Source: Eimeria praecox
Taxonomy: Eukaryota
NCBI GenBank assembly: GCA_963920595.1
Contig: OY986946.1
Location: forward strand, 5,518,001 to 5,582,000
Length of the DNA: 64,000 nucleotides
Direction of reading: 5' to 3'
Made by a program: the position numbers and the translations under genes. Under the pieces are notes generated by a model. It ran no database searches. It was not told the DNA's origin and was given only the letters and a program-made list of their open reading frames with translations. Numbering within the stretch: position 1 is the stretch's first letter; each line of letters starts with the position of its first letter. Positions 30,726-41,944 of this stretch are shown here, piece after piece.

Positions 30726-31302
30726 TATAGATGATGAATGTCTTTTATATTTTTGTGGTTTTGTTTGTTTGTGTGTAGTTATATACGACTTCGAGATAAA
30801 TAATTATTTGGCTGCTTTGCTGCAGCATTTGCTGCTGCTGAATCCTTCTTGCTGCTGCTATCTATCTCATTGTAGGCGACTTGGGTTTGTGTGTCCTACA
30901 TCTACTCTCCCCGTAGATGTATTTGCTGAGGACTTCTGGGATCGATTCTGTGCACTCGATCCCCATGATGTGGGGCCCCCATTTCAGGTGTATGTGCAGC
31001 CTCAGATTCCTTTTGTCCTCAATTTCGCTGGGATCGTCGATCCCCCAGAACTAACAAGTGTAGCTGCTGCTCTCTTAGGGGGGCCCCTAGAAGGGGAGGG
31101 GCCCTCAGAAGGGTCAACAATTGTATATAATAAAGAAAAAATAAATAAAAAATTAAATAATAAAGAGATAGAAGGATATCATAGCCACATCTGTATACAC
31201 CCCAAGGAAGCAGCAGCAGCAGCTCGAGTAGGAGAGGTGTGGTTTCTGCGTCTAGGGAACCCTAGATCAAGAGAAGCAACATATCCTATCAAAACAAATT
31301 AA
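27948..31302 (+). CDS. METTL22: METTL22-like (family 16) protein-lysine methyltransferase, with an apparent 1-nt frameshift at the G run 28491-28501
   Basis: DADGDL and VGNNLWPAALTMANFL lie in ORF 27939-28664. Motif I VLELGSGVGLLG, VYLTD, VRRLDW and FILASD lie in ORF 28480-29877. An intron at 29627-30778 joins ASD to VIYD (motif II DVIY) and HCRRLGF. The start is tentative because the ATG follows an acceptor-like CTGCAG. Confidence 0.75.
28470..29160 (+). repeat. Coding tandem repeats in the METTL22-like gene: six 27-bp TGCATGC-containing units, then about 14 15-bp EGAPQ units
   Basis: Translation GAPNACIGG-like at 28470-28640 and QEGAP/QEGPP at 28890-29160. Confidence 0.9.
29948..30722. repeat. 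Intronic (TTA)n-derived, (TTTTTTGTA)n and (TA)n repeats
   Basis: Direct inspection. Confidence 0.9.
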
Positions 31303-31596
31303 AATATATATAATTTTGATTTTATATTCATATAATTTAAACATATAACAAACATAAAGTCTAGTGTATGTACTGCTGCTGCTCCCCGTAGAACCCTCTG
31401 ACGACAGCACTTGCTGCTCGTGTAGAGGATCTGTAGGGTCTACATCTATCCTTCTTATCGTTTTCTAATATTTAAATTATATTTTAATATTTATTTAAAT
31501 ATATTTTTATTTATTTCAATTTAAAAATAAAGAAAAAACACAATAAGACCCCCCCCCGCCGCCTGTAGCGAGCAGCCAAGGTCACTAGCGGGCCTT

Positions 31597-31640
<44 letters not shown>

Positions 31641-32314
31641 CCTCTATTCTTTATCTAAATAAAATTTAAAATAAATAAATAAATTGGTTTTGATTTTCCT
31701 TTCTTAAACAAAGCCCTCTCTAAACTACAGAGAGAAGCTAGTCTCACTGTCTGTGTCGTGGCGCTCGCCTCCCAGGGGAGCCCTAGGGCTTAGGGTTTAG
31801 GGTTTAGGGTTTAGGGTTTAGGATGATGGAGCAGAACCCCTCTCAGGCTATGTATGCCTCTCTCTTCAGTGGGGAGGCTATGCGCGAGGCTTTGCGGTGG
31901 TTTGTATCCCTCCCTTATATACACCATCAGACCCTCCTCAATTCTATCTTAACAGTAGATTCTAGGAAACAAATTAAATAAACAAATTCTATTCATCTCT
32001 AAACCCCCGTTTATTAAAGATACAGGCCAATACACCTCTGGGATCGTCTGGGATCCACTGGGATCGTCTGGGATCGTCTGGGATCGTGTGGGATCGATCC
32101 CCGTTGCTTGTTGTTAACTTCTTCTCAGGGAGGAGGCCCCCCTTAGACCTTCTTCGCCCTTAGATATCTATCATACTACATCCTACAGAAATGACTACAG
32201 AGGATATAGATGGATGCCGAGCTGTACATACACCCCAAATACAAAAACACCTACACAGAAAGGAGACAGTCAACAGACACACAAACCCATAAATGTAAAT
32301 TAAACTGAGACTAC

Positions 32315-32830
32315 TGCTGCCGCTGCTGCTGCTGTTGTTGTTGTCCTTGCTGACGCTGCTGTTGTTGCTGCTGCTGCTGTTGCTGCTGCTGCTGTTGCTG
32401 CTGCTGGCCTTGCTGCTGCTGTTGGGGCTCCCATTGCTGCTGCTGTTGCTGCTGTCCTTGCTGCTGCTGGTGTCCTTGCTGCAGCAGCAGCTGCTGCTGC
32501 TGTCCGTGCTGCTCTCCGTGTTGTTGTTGTTGTTGCTGCTGCTGCTGCTGTCGTTGCTGCTGCTGCTGTCGTTGCTGCTGCTGCTGCGCCCCTTGCTGCT
32601 ACTCCTCGTGCTGCTGCAGCAGTCCCTATTGTGTTAGTTGCTGCAGCCACTGGTGCTGAGGTTTCTCTATCTGCTGCTGCTGCTGAAGCTTCCAGGCTGT
32701 CAGCTGCTGCTGCTGCTACTGCTGCTGCTACTGCTGCTGCTGCTGCTGCTGAGCAGCACGAAAGCTGCTGCTGACGCTCAGTTCCTCTTTTTTTCATAGC
32801 TATGCTGCTGTTGCTGCTGCTGCTGCTCCC

Positions 32831-32865
<35 letters not shown>

Positions 32866-33120
32866 AGGAGCCTCTCTGCTGCTCTTCTGGACGATTGCAG
32901 CCCTGTGCCGATGAAGGCAAGAAATGCTCTGAGGACTATAAACCCTAAACCCTAAACCCTAAACCCTAAACCCTAAACCCTAGAGGGTTTAACCCTTATC
33001 ACATCAGCCTCTTCATAGCTTCTTTCTCTTTGGTCTCTTCCTTGTTGTTTCTATTGCTTGCGCTCCTCTCTTTGCTGCTGCTGTTGCTGCTGCTGTTGCT
33101 GCTGCTGTTGCTGCTGCTGT

Positions 33121-33152
<32 letters not shown>

Positions 33153-33496
33153 CAGTGTCTCGCGAGTACTGCTCTGTGGCGTATCGAGAAGCCCTCGAGA
33201 GGGTGAGGGCCTCGAGGGGCTGGAAGGCTGATTGTAGACAAACTGTTTTAGTTGGAGTTGACAGGGGAGGAGACGATCCCCCCCGTTCTTGCTGCTCCGT
33301 GCATGCAGCTTGTAGACAGCAGCAGCACCAGCAGCAGCAGCAGCAACAATTGTGGCAGCGGCAGCAGCAGCGGCAGCAGCAACGACAGGACTGGGGAAGA
33401 CCTTCCTGTCTCAGCAGCAACTGCTGCTCCCGTTGCTGCTGCTCCTGCTGCTGCTGCTGCTCCTCCTCCTGCTGCAGCATACCACACTGTTCGCAT

Positions 33497-33528
<32 letters not shown>

Positions 33529-33676
33529 GCAGCAGCAACAGGGTCGTCGCGCTGTTTCTGCAGCCAGCATCTCCTATCTGCCTCGTCCCCGCCACCGGCA
33601 TCAACCCCATCAACCCCATCAACATCATCATCATCAACATCATCATCATCAACAACAGCAGCAGCAGCAGCAGCAT

Positions 33677-33713
<37 letters not shown>

Positions 33714-34278
33714 TTGGTCTAGGGGGGTTTTTAGTATCTAGATCGGGGCTCGGTAAGAGGAGGAATGAGGCTCTGCTGCAGCGAGTGGGAGGAGGATATC
33801 AACTCTATGGCCCGATGCCATGGCACACCTTCAAAGAAACACATGCACAGACAAACACACCAGTATCATAAACCCTAAACCCTAACAAACCCTAAACCCT
33901 AAACCCTAACAAACCCTAAACCCTAACAAACCCTAAACCCTAAACCCTAACAAACCCTAAACCCTAAACCCTAGGGAACTCTAAACCCTAGCGAACCCTT
34001 AAGGGTTAAGCCTAGACCCTAATGAACCCTTAAACATTTGGTATTAAATATAAACCCTAAACCCTAATTCGTGAGGAAACAAATATTATTTAGCAATAAA
34101 CATGGCATCCTAAACCCTAAACCCTAAACCCTAAACCCTAAACCCTAAACCCTAAACCCTAAACCCTAAACCCTAGTTCTTCTGAGAACGTTGTAGGGGA
34201 AGGAGAACCTGTGTCGCTGCAGCTATTGTCTCTTTTGCATGCAGCTCGATACCTCAAGACACGCCTCCACACAAACAA

Positions 34279-34309
<31 letters not shown>

Positions 34310-34723
34310 TGCTGCTGCTGCTGATGATGATGCACCAGCAACACTGCTGCTGCAGCCGCAGCAGCAGCAGCAGCAGCAGCAGCACTGCGAGTCTCCCTGC
34401 CGCCCCATGACACGAAGCAGCAGCTGCCGGGGGCCCCATTATCTAGGCTGCAGCAGCAGCTGCAGCAGCTGCTGCAGCAGCAGCAGCAGCAACTGCTGCT
34501 GCTGCTGTTCGTGCTCCTCGAGGGTCCCCTACTCTCGTGTCTTTCTCTCGGGAGGTGAGGGACTGCCTCTAACGCCGCTAGCAGCAACAGCAGCAGCAGC
34601 AGCAGCTGCTGCTGCTGCTGCTTCAGGGGAGGGGCCCTCCTTGATCCTCCAACCCAAGTCCTACATCAGAGCAGCAACAGAATCTGCTCGCTGCTGCACC
34701 TCAACCCTACCAAGACAACAGCC

Positions 34724-34754
<31 letters not shown>

Positions 34755-34830
34755 CTGCAGCAGCAGCAATCAGGCAGCAGCAGCAGCTGCTGCTGCCTCT
34801 CAGCCAAGGGATCTCTCTACAGTCTGCAGC
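32315..34830. repeat. CAG/CTG-rich block, possibly holding an unresolved gene
   Basis: Dense trinucleotide tracts with short unique spacers and some exon-like boundaries (acceptors near 32935 and 33828 on the minus strand), but no consistent phase path was found. Confidence 0.6.
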
Positions 34831-35437
34831 AGCAAACAACAACTGAGAGAGAGAGGGGCCGCATAGGGGTCCGGGGGCCCCCCCTCAGTAAAGTATATAG
34901 GGGGGGCCCCAGGAGGGGCCCCCAAGGGGCATTAAGGCGAAGGGCCCCCAGGGGCCCCCCCTCGAGGGGGGCCCCCTCCGCACTTGAAGGGTTTGCGGGG
35001 ACCCTTAAGAGCGTTCTCCCCCCTCAGCCTAAAGAGAAAACCCCCATATATTCTGAGTATATGAAACCCTAAACCCTAGACCCTAAACCCTAAACCCTAA
35101 ACCCTAAACCCTAACCCCAGATTTTAAACCCCTACCGTACGCTCTAGACCCTAAACCCTAAACCCTAAACCCTAGTTTCTTAACACTGAACCCTAAACCT
35201 TCAATTCTAACCCTCATCTTGCTAAGCCTCAAACCCTAGACCTACAACCCTAAACCCTAAACCCTAAACCCTAAACCCTAGATGGATGGCTGCGGATGTT
35301 TATTACAGACCGAGGGAGAGCTGTTCTCAGTGTGGCCGCGCAGCACACATCGCCCCGTGTTCCTCTCAGTCTTCTAAACCTAAAGACTTTCGTTGGGTGC
35401 CTACTATCTTAACTAAGGGAGAGTAAACCCTAATAAA

Positions 35438-35470
<33 letters not shown>

Positions 35471-37272
35471 TGTTTCCTGCTGTAAGGGCCCCACAGCCCT
35501 CACAGCGGCAGCAGCTAAAGGGCCCCCTGGGGATCGCATGCAATGCAAGCCCCAAACTCCTTTGAAGAAACCCTCTTTATAACTGCAGACACAGGGCAAT
35601 CTATAAAACCCCAAAACCTACAAGCTCTCAGGGGGCCCCTAATGGGGGCCCCTGATGGGGGCCCCTAATGGGGGCCCCTGATGGGGACCCCTGGTGGGGG
35701 CCCCTAATGGGGGCCCCTGATGGGGGCCCCTGTTAAGGGATTATCCTCTGTCTGGCTGAGAGGTTGGGTCTGTCTGTCTGTTGGGGGCCCCCTCCCCCCT
35801 TTTATACTATTTAATTGATGTGTTTATTTTTGTACTGCATGCGCTTTACTAATGTAATTCTTTTGGGGCTTTGTACACCCAAGGATGCATGCAAACAAAC
35901 CCCTAAGCAGCAGAACTGGGGGCCCCACAGTAGCTATTAGATATGTAGGAGGCTAGGAGACATTGTAAGGGCCCCCCCCCCTCCTTGCTCGTTAACCCCC
36001 CGCCTACAGGGCCCCTACTTAAGGTATATTGGGCTTCTGACTCCTCTCCTTCTGTGTACTAAACCCTAAACCCTAAACCCTAAACCCTAAACCCTAAACC
36101 CTAAACCCTAAACCCTAAACCCTAAACCTCCACAGTAAACCCAACCCAACGAACGGGTCACCTGGGGGGGCAAGCGAAGAGCAATGTTGTACGGTGGGGC
36201 CACCGACTAGAGCAATAAAAATAAAAACATATAAAATCAATAATTTAAATTAAATATAAAATAATATTTTATAGAAACAAACATATTAATAAATTAAAAA
36301 AAACAAAGAAGAGCCGCTGAAGATGATCGCGAGCACACCTGTCGGCAGCCCCCCCCCCCCCCCCCCCCCCCCCCAGCAACAACAACAAACCAACGGGCTG
36401 TTTCGTTTATGTTTTGTTTGTTTTCTTTGAAATAAATTAAAATACATTATTATTTATATTATTAAATACATTAAAACATTAAAACAAACAAAACGAAGAC
36501 AGAAGAACTCCCCCCCCCCCCCCCCCCCCCTGCAACCAACCAGTGGACAGCTGCTGGAAATCTATTGCGCCACCAAACCCTAAACCCTAAACCCTAAACC
36601 CTAAACCCTAAACCCCAAACCCTAAACCCTAAACCCTAAACCCTAAACCCTACACCTTCAGCCTCGAACCCTACACCCTAAATCCTAAACCCTAAACCCT
36701 CAACCCTAAACCCTAAACCCTCAACCCTCAACCCTAAACCCTAAACCCCCTCAACCGTCAACCCTAAACCCTAAACCCTAACCCCTAGACCGTAAATTCT
36801 GGGGTTTCTAGCCTATATCTCAGGGTCTAACAACGAATTTAGGGTTTGTATTTCTATCCAAAGTATGCTCCTCTATAAAAACCCTAAACCCTAAACCCTA
36901 GCAAGCAAGAGCAGATACAGCCTCTTCTCATGATATTCAAGGAGGAGGCCTCAGTAGCGGGCCGCTCGCTCTTACCGTTGCCTGGAGACGGAGGCCCCTC
37001 TCCTCTTTCTTCTTCTTTCTCTTCTTCTTCTTCCTCTTCTTCTCCTTCTTCTTCTTCTGCTTCTGCCTCTGCTTCTTCTGCTCCTTCTTCTTCTGTTTCT
37101 CCTGAAGGCCTGTCTTGCAACAGTAAGGCTTTTGTTGCTATCTCTAATCTGTTTCTAACGAATAGCATAGAACGGTTAGGGTTTAGGGTTTAGGGTTTAG
37201 GGTTTAGGGTTTAGGGTTTAGGGTTTAGGGTTTAGGGTTTAGGGTTTAGGGTTTAGGGTTTTTGCAGAGAAA

Positions 37273-38040
37273 ATGCATCATTCTACCCGCTATCCTGAGG
37301 CCACACAGGAAGAAAAACCACTAAAGCATCCTCAAAAATGGGCAGTGTAAGTAAAGAAATAGTGGGGTTTAGGGTTTAGGGTTTAGGGTTTAGGGGTTAG
37401 GGTTTAGGGTTTAGGGTTTAGGGTTTAGGGTTTAGGGTTTAGGGTGTAGGGTGTAGGGTTTAGGGTTTAGGGTTTAGGGTTTAGGGTTTAGGTTTTAGGG
37501 TTTAGGGTTTAGGGTTTAGGGTTTAAGGTTTAGGGTTTAAGGTTTAGGGTTTAGGGCCCCCCAGTACTAAACCCTTTAACTGAGGGGCCCCCCCCTAGTA
37601 CTGAACCCTGTTAACTTACTTACGGGGGCCCCCCCCTAGTACTGAATCCTTTGTTAACATACTGGGGGCCCCCCTCCCTCCCCACCTTAGTACTGAACCC
37701 TTTAAATGGTGGGGGCCCCCTACTACTTCACCCCTCGTCTCGCGGGGGCCCCCCCGATGAATTCAGGTGTATGTGGAGGTATTTCTGTGGGGTGTGGGGT
37801 GTGGGGTGTGGGGTGTATATACACCTCATGATGCTTTGCTCAGGACGCTCTTAGCAGCAAGAGCTTCTTTAGGTAATACACTTCTCCCTCTCGCTGTTCG
37901 TCTTCCTACTTCTTCTATCGATGTTAATGAATGGCTTGCTTGTCAGGGTGAGCCTCCTCCTCCTGCTGCTGCTGCTAATGCTGCTGCTGCTGCTGCTGCT
38001 GTTGCTGCTGCTAATGCTGCTGCTGCTGCTGCTGATCATG

Positions 38041-38072
<32 letters not shown>

Positions 38073-38097
38073 AATGCTGCTGCTGCTGCTGCTGATC

Positions 38098-38130
<33 letters not shown>

Positions 38131-38330
38131 CTGGGGCTGCTAATGCTGCTGTTTTCTCTGGTGATGCTGTTGCTGCTGCTGGCTCTGCTGCTGATATTGC
38201 TGCTGCTGTTTCTGCTGCTGGTAGTACTGCTGCTGCTGCTGCCTGTGCTGGTGTTGCTGTTGCTGCTGCCGCTGCTGTTAGCATAGGCTTTTCTGTTGAC
38301 TGTTGCTGCTGCTGCTGTTGCTGCTGCTGT

Positions 38331-38365
<35 letters not shown>

Positions 38366-38768
38366 CTGTTGCTGTGTCGCTGCTGCATTGCATCACTGCC
38401 CATACACTTCACAGGGTGGCTATGGGCATATTAGATACAATCAGTTTCCGGGGAGGTTTAGGGTTTAGGGTTTAGGGTTTAGGGTTTAGGGTTTAGGGTT
38501 TAGGGTTTGTATGCAGTGTATGATATCTTCAACGAAGCAACAGTGGTTTGGGGTTTCTCTCGAGATGTTTGCAGCTGCCGGCGCTTAACTGCAGGAGAGT
38601 GAGGGCTTTCTGTTGCTTTCAACATCCTAGGGTTTAGGGTTTAGGGTTTAGGGTTTAGGGTTTAGGGTTTAGGATTTAGGTTTGTTTAACACCAACAAAA
38701 ATAATAAAGAAGGAGAGATAGAAACACCCATGACAGCAACAACCATCAGAGGATTAACACCGAAATCT

Positions 38769-38821
<53 letters not shown>

Positions 38822-40665
38822 AAGCCACCAAGAGAGCCTGCATGGTAGCTGCCCCAAGCGAGATCCCCCCCCTTCACACAAACAAAGCACCCTACCGCTA
38901 AACCCTCTCCCCTAAACCCTAAACCCTAACCCCTAAACCCCGATCTAGGTGTATGTTGGGGTGTACGTACACCGCAGCTTCAGCCTCGTGGCCCCCGCAG
39001 AACCCTCAGCACCCGCGCGAGATCATATAAAAGCAGCACTCAACAAATGCCGCTCTCTGCTGCAAGACCCCCGTATCTTCGTATGCCAACCCGGTAAACC
39101 CTAAACCCTAAACCCTAAACCCTAAACCCTAAACCCTAATTGCTCCGCAGGCAGAAAATATCAACCGTGAGCCATACCTTGTAAACCCTAAACCCTAAAC
39201 CCTAAACCCTAAACCCTAGATCCTAAGTGTTCCTTACTCAGAAAACATCGAATCTGAACCCCTCCTCCTAAACCCTACATTGTTAATCCTAAACCCTAGA
39301 CCCTAGATAGTATAGACTATGACTCCGTAGCCCCTAAACCCTAAACCCTAAACCCTAAACCCTAAATACACAGAGACAGGGGGATATCATCAAACCCCAA
39401 CCCGTTAAATGTGTAGTTATTCTGCTGCGAAGCTGATGGGAACAGCTACAAGCCCGCCCGCAGTACGCTCTATCTAGGGTCTAGGGTTTAGGGTTTAGGG
39501 TTTAGGGTTTATGTTGTTGCTCAGGACAAGAATTCCCCCGCAACTTTCCTTCTTTTGTGTCTCACATATTAATTCAACTACTACAAATGTACTGCCATAT
39601 ATACAGACAACACTTTGATTGGCTATTAGAGGTAAACCCTAATTTACCCTAAACCCTAGTTAACCCTAATTAACCCTAATTAACCCTAAACCCTAGTTAA
39701 CCCTAGTGAACCCTAGTTAACCCTAATTAACCCTAATTAACCCTAATTAACCCTAATTAACCCTAGTTAACCATAATAAACCCTAATTAACCCTAGTTAA
39801 CCCTAATAAACCCTAATAAACCCTAATTAACCCTAGTTAACCATAATAAACCCTAATAAACCCTAATAAACCCTAATAAACCCTAATAAACCCTAATAAA
39901 CCCTAATAAACCCTAATTAACCCTAATAAACCCTAATAAACCCTAATAAACCCTAATAAACCCTAATTAAACCTAATTAACCCTAATTAGCCCTGATAAA
40001 CCCTAATTAACCCTAATTAACCCTAATTAAACCTAATTAACCCTAATTAGCCCTGATAAACCCTAATTAACCCTAATTAACCCTAATTAAACCTAATTAA
40101 CCCTAATTAGCCCTGATAAACCCTAATTAAACCTAATTAACCCTAATTAAACCTAATTAACCCTAATTAGCCCTGATAAACCCTAATAAAACCTAATAAA
40201 CCCTACTTAAACGCTAATAAACCCTAATAAATCCTAATAAAGCCTAATAAACCCTAATAAACCCTACTTAAACGCTAATAAACCCTAATAAATCCTAATA
40301 AACCCTAATAAACCCTAATAAACCCCAATAAACCCTAATTAAACCTAATTAATCCTAATTACACCTAATAAAATCTAAACCCTAGGAACCCCGAACAACC
40401 CCTAATGAACCCTAATAAACCCTAATTAGGCCTCCTAAACCCTAAACCCTAATAAGCTCTCATAAAACCTGAATCCGAGTAAACCCTCAAACCCTAAACC
40501 CTAAACCCTAATAATCCTTCATCAACCCTAAACCCTAATAATCCTTCATAAACCCTAAACCCTAATAAACCCTCAGAGCTGCAGCAGCAGCATCCCGTGG
40601 CTCTACAAATACAGCATCAACATCAGCAGCAGAATCCCCAGCATCATCCCCAGCAGCAACAACAG

Positions 40666-40701
<36 letters not shown>

Positions 40702-41270
40702 AATTATCTGGTGTTGTTGTGGTGCAGACAGACACCGTAGCCCACATCAACTGTTGCTTCAAACACGCTCTCTTCTTCGGCATGGAGTTTGGTTTGGTTA
40801 AGCTTGAAGATGTAGCCCCTATCAAGGTAGGTGTACAGACACCCCACACAGGGGCCCCGTAGACCCTTCAAGGGGCCCCTATACCCCCCCCTTCTCCCCC
40901 CTACCCCGGCCCCAGCCCTCCCCAAGGGCCCCCATGGGGGCCCCAAGGGGCCCCCTCGGGGCCTCTGCACAGGTAGGGGGCCCCCAGGTCTTCTATACAC
41001 CCTGGGGGGGCCCCCTGAGTACCCTCAGGGGGGCCCCCCAGGGGCCCTTAAAGCAGTTAGACCTCAGGGGGCCCCCCATCCCCCCCACAAAAGCAGTAAG
41101 ATGGGGGCCCCTTCATTATCTGAGTGAGGAGGGGTTGGATAGCTTTGGGGTGTACTGTCAGGTGTCTCCTTTGGTTGTTTTCTATCTTTGTTTGCCTTGA
41201 CGAGCAACCTGTCTAGTTGTTTGTTTCTTTTTTATAAATGCTGCTGCTGTCTCTTGAGTGTCTCTGCTGC

Positions 41271-41358
<88 letters not shown>

Positions 41359-41560
41359 GCTGCTGCTGTGTCTTCAGGGTTTGGCCCTGCATTTTCTCGA
41401 GCAGGCTCAGAGGGAGATAGCGGAAGCAGAAGCAGCAGAAGACCAGCAGCAGCAGCAGCAGCGAAGGCAGCAGCAGCAGCAGCAGCAGAAAGATGTGCTG
41501 CTGCTGCGGCAGAAAACCCAGCAGCAAATACAAGAGCAGCAGCAGCGCCGCCCTCTATGA
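37273..41560 (+). CDS. MOB1: MOB kinase activator (Mob1/phocein family), 7 coding exons
   Basis: Exons 37273-37346, 37844-37947, 38517-38598, 38978-39093, 39525-39631, 40728-40826, 41378-41560, in phase. Motifs AVRLPTSSIDVNEWLACQVYDIFN, LQDPRIF..PGQEFPRNF, MYCHIYRQHF and AHINCCFKHALFFGMEFGLV..DVAPI match the MOB1 fold. Start codon tentative. Confidence 0.9.
39632..40570. repeat. Telomere-derived 10-mer satellite (AACCCTAAT(T/A))n with a 60-bp higher-order period
   Basis: Begins at the MOB1 donor GTAAACCCT. The lines at 39961, 40021, 40081 and 40141 are near-identical 60-mers. Confidence 0.95.
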
Positions 41561-41944
41561 GAGTAGTTTACCTGAAGGGGGCCCCCTAAGAGACAAACTA
41601 GCTACTAACGGATACACCTAAGGGGCCCCTAAGGGGGGGCCCCTAAGGGGCCCCCATTGAGTTGGGGTTATCTCGCCAGTGTCTAACAAGAACGCCCAGC
41701 CCTATGGGGCCCCCTGGGGGCCCCTGAGAGGCTTGGGGGCCCCTGAGGGCCTTGGGGGGCCCCTGAGGGCCTTGGGGGGCCCCAAAAGCCTTGGGGGCCT
41801 TTGAGGGTTTGAGGGGCCCCTAATACCTTTGGAGGCCCCTAGGGGGGCCCCTAAAGCCCCCCGCCTATTAGGTGGGGTTTGGGGGCCCCTGGGGGCCCCC
41901 TGGGGGCAAGGGGGCCCCCAGGGGGGCCCCTGGGGGCCCCCTTG

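Noticed and set aside
32037..32100. (CTGGGATCGT)n 10-mer, about six units
   Set aside because: Small local tandem repeat with no associated structure.
32300..35072. Possible gene from ORFs 32300-32920, 33155-33871 and 34239-35072
   Set aside because: No recognisable domain and no phase-consistent exon chain. Left unresolved and needs RNA-seq.
36930..37193. Ser-rich ORF as first MOB1 coding exon
   Set aside because: Splicing from 37174 to either acceptor (37267 or 37269) meets a stop. More likely a 5' UTR exon.
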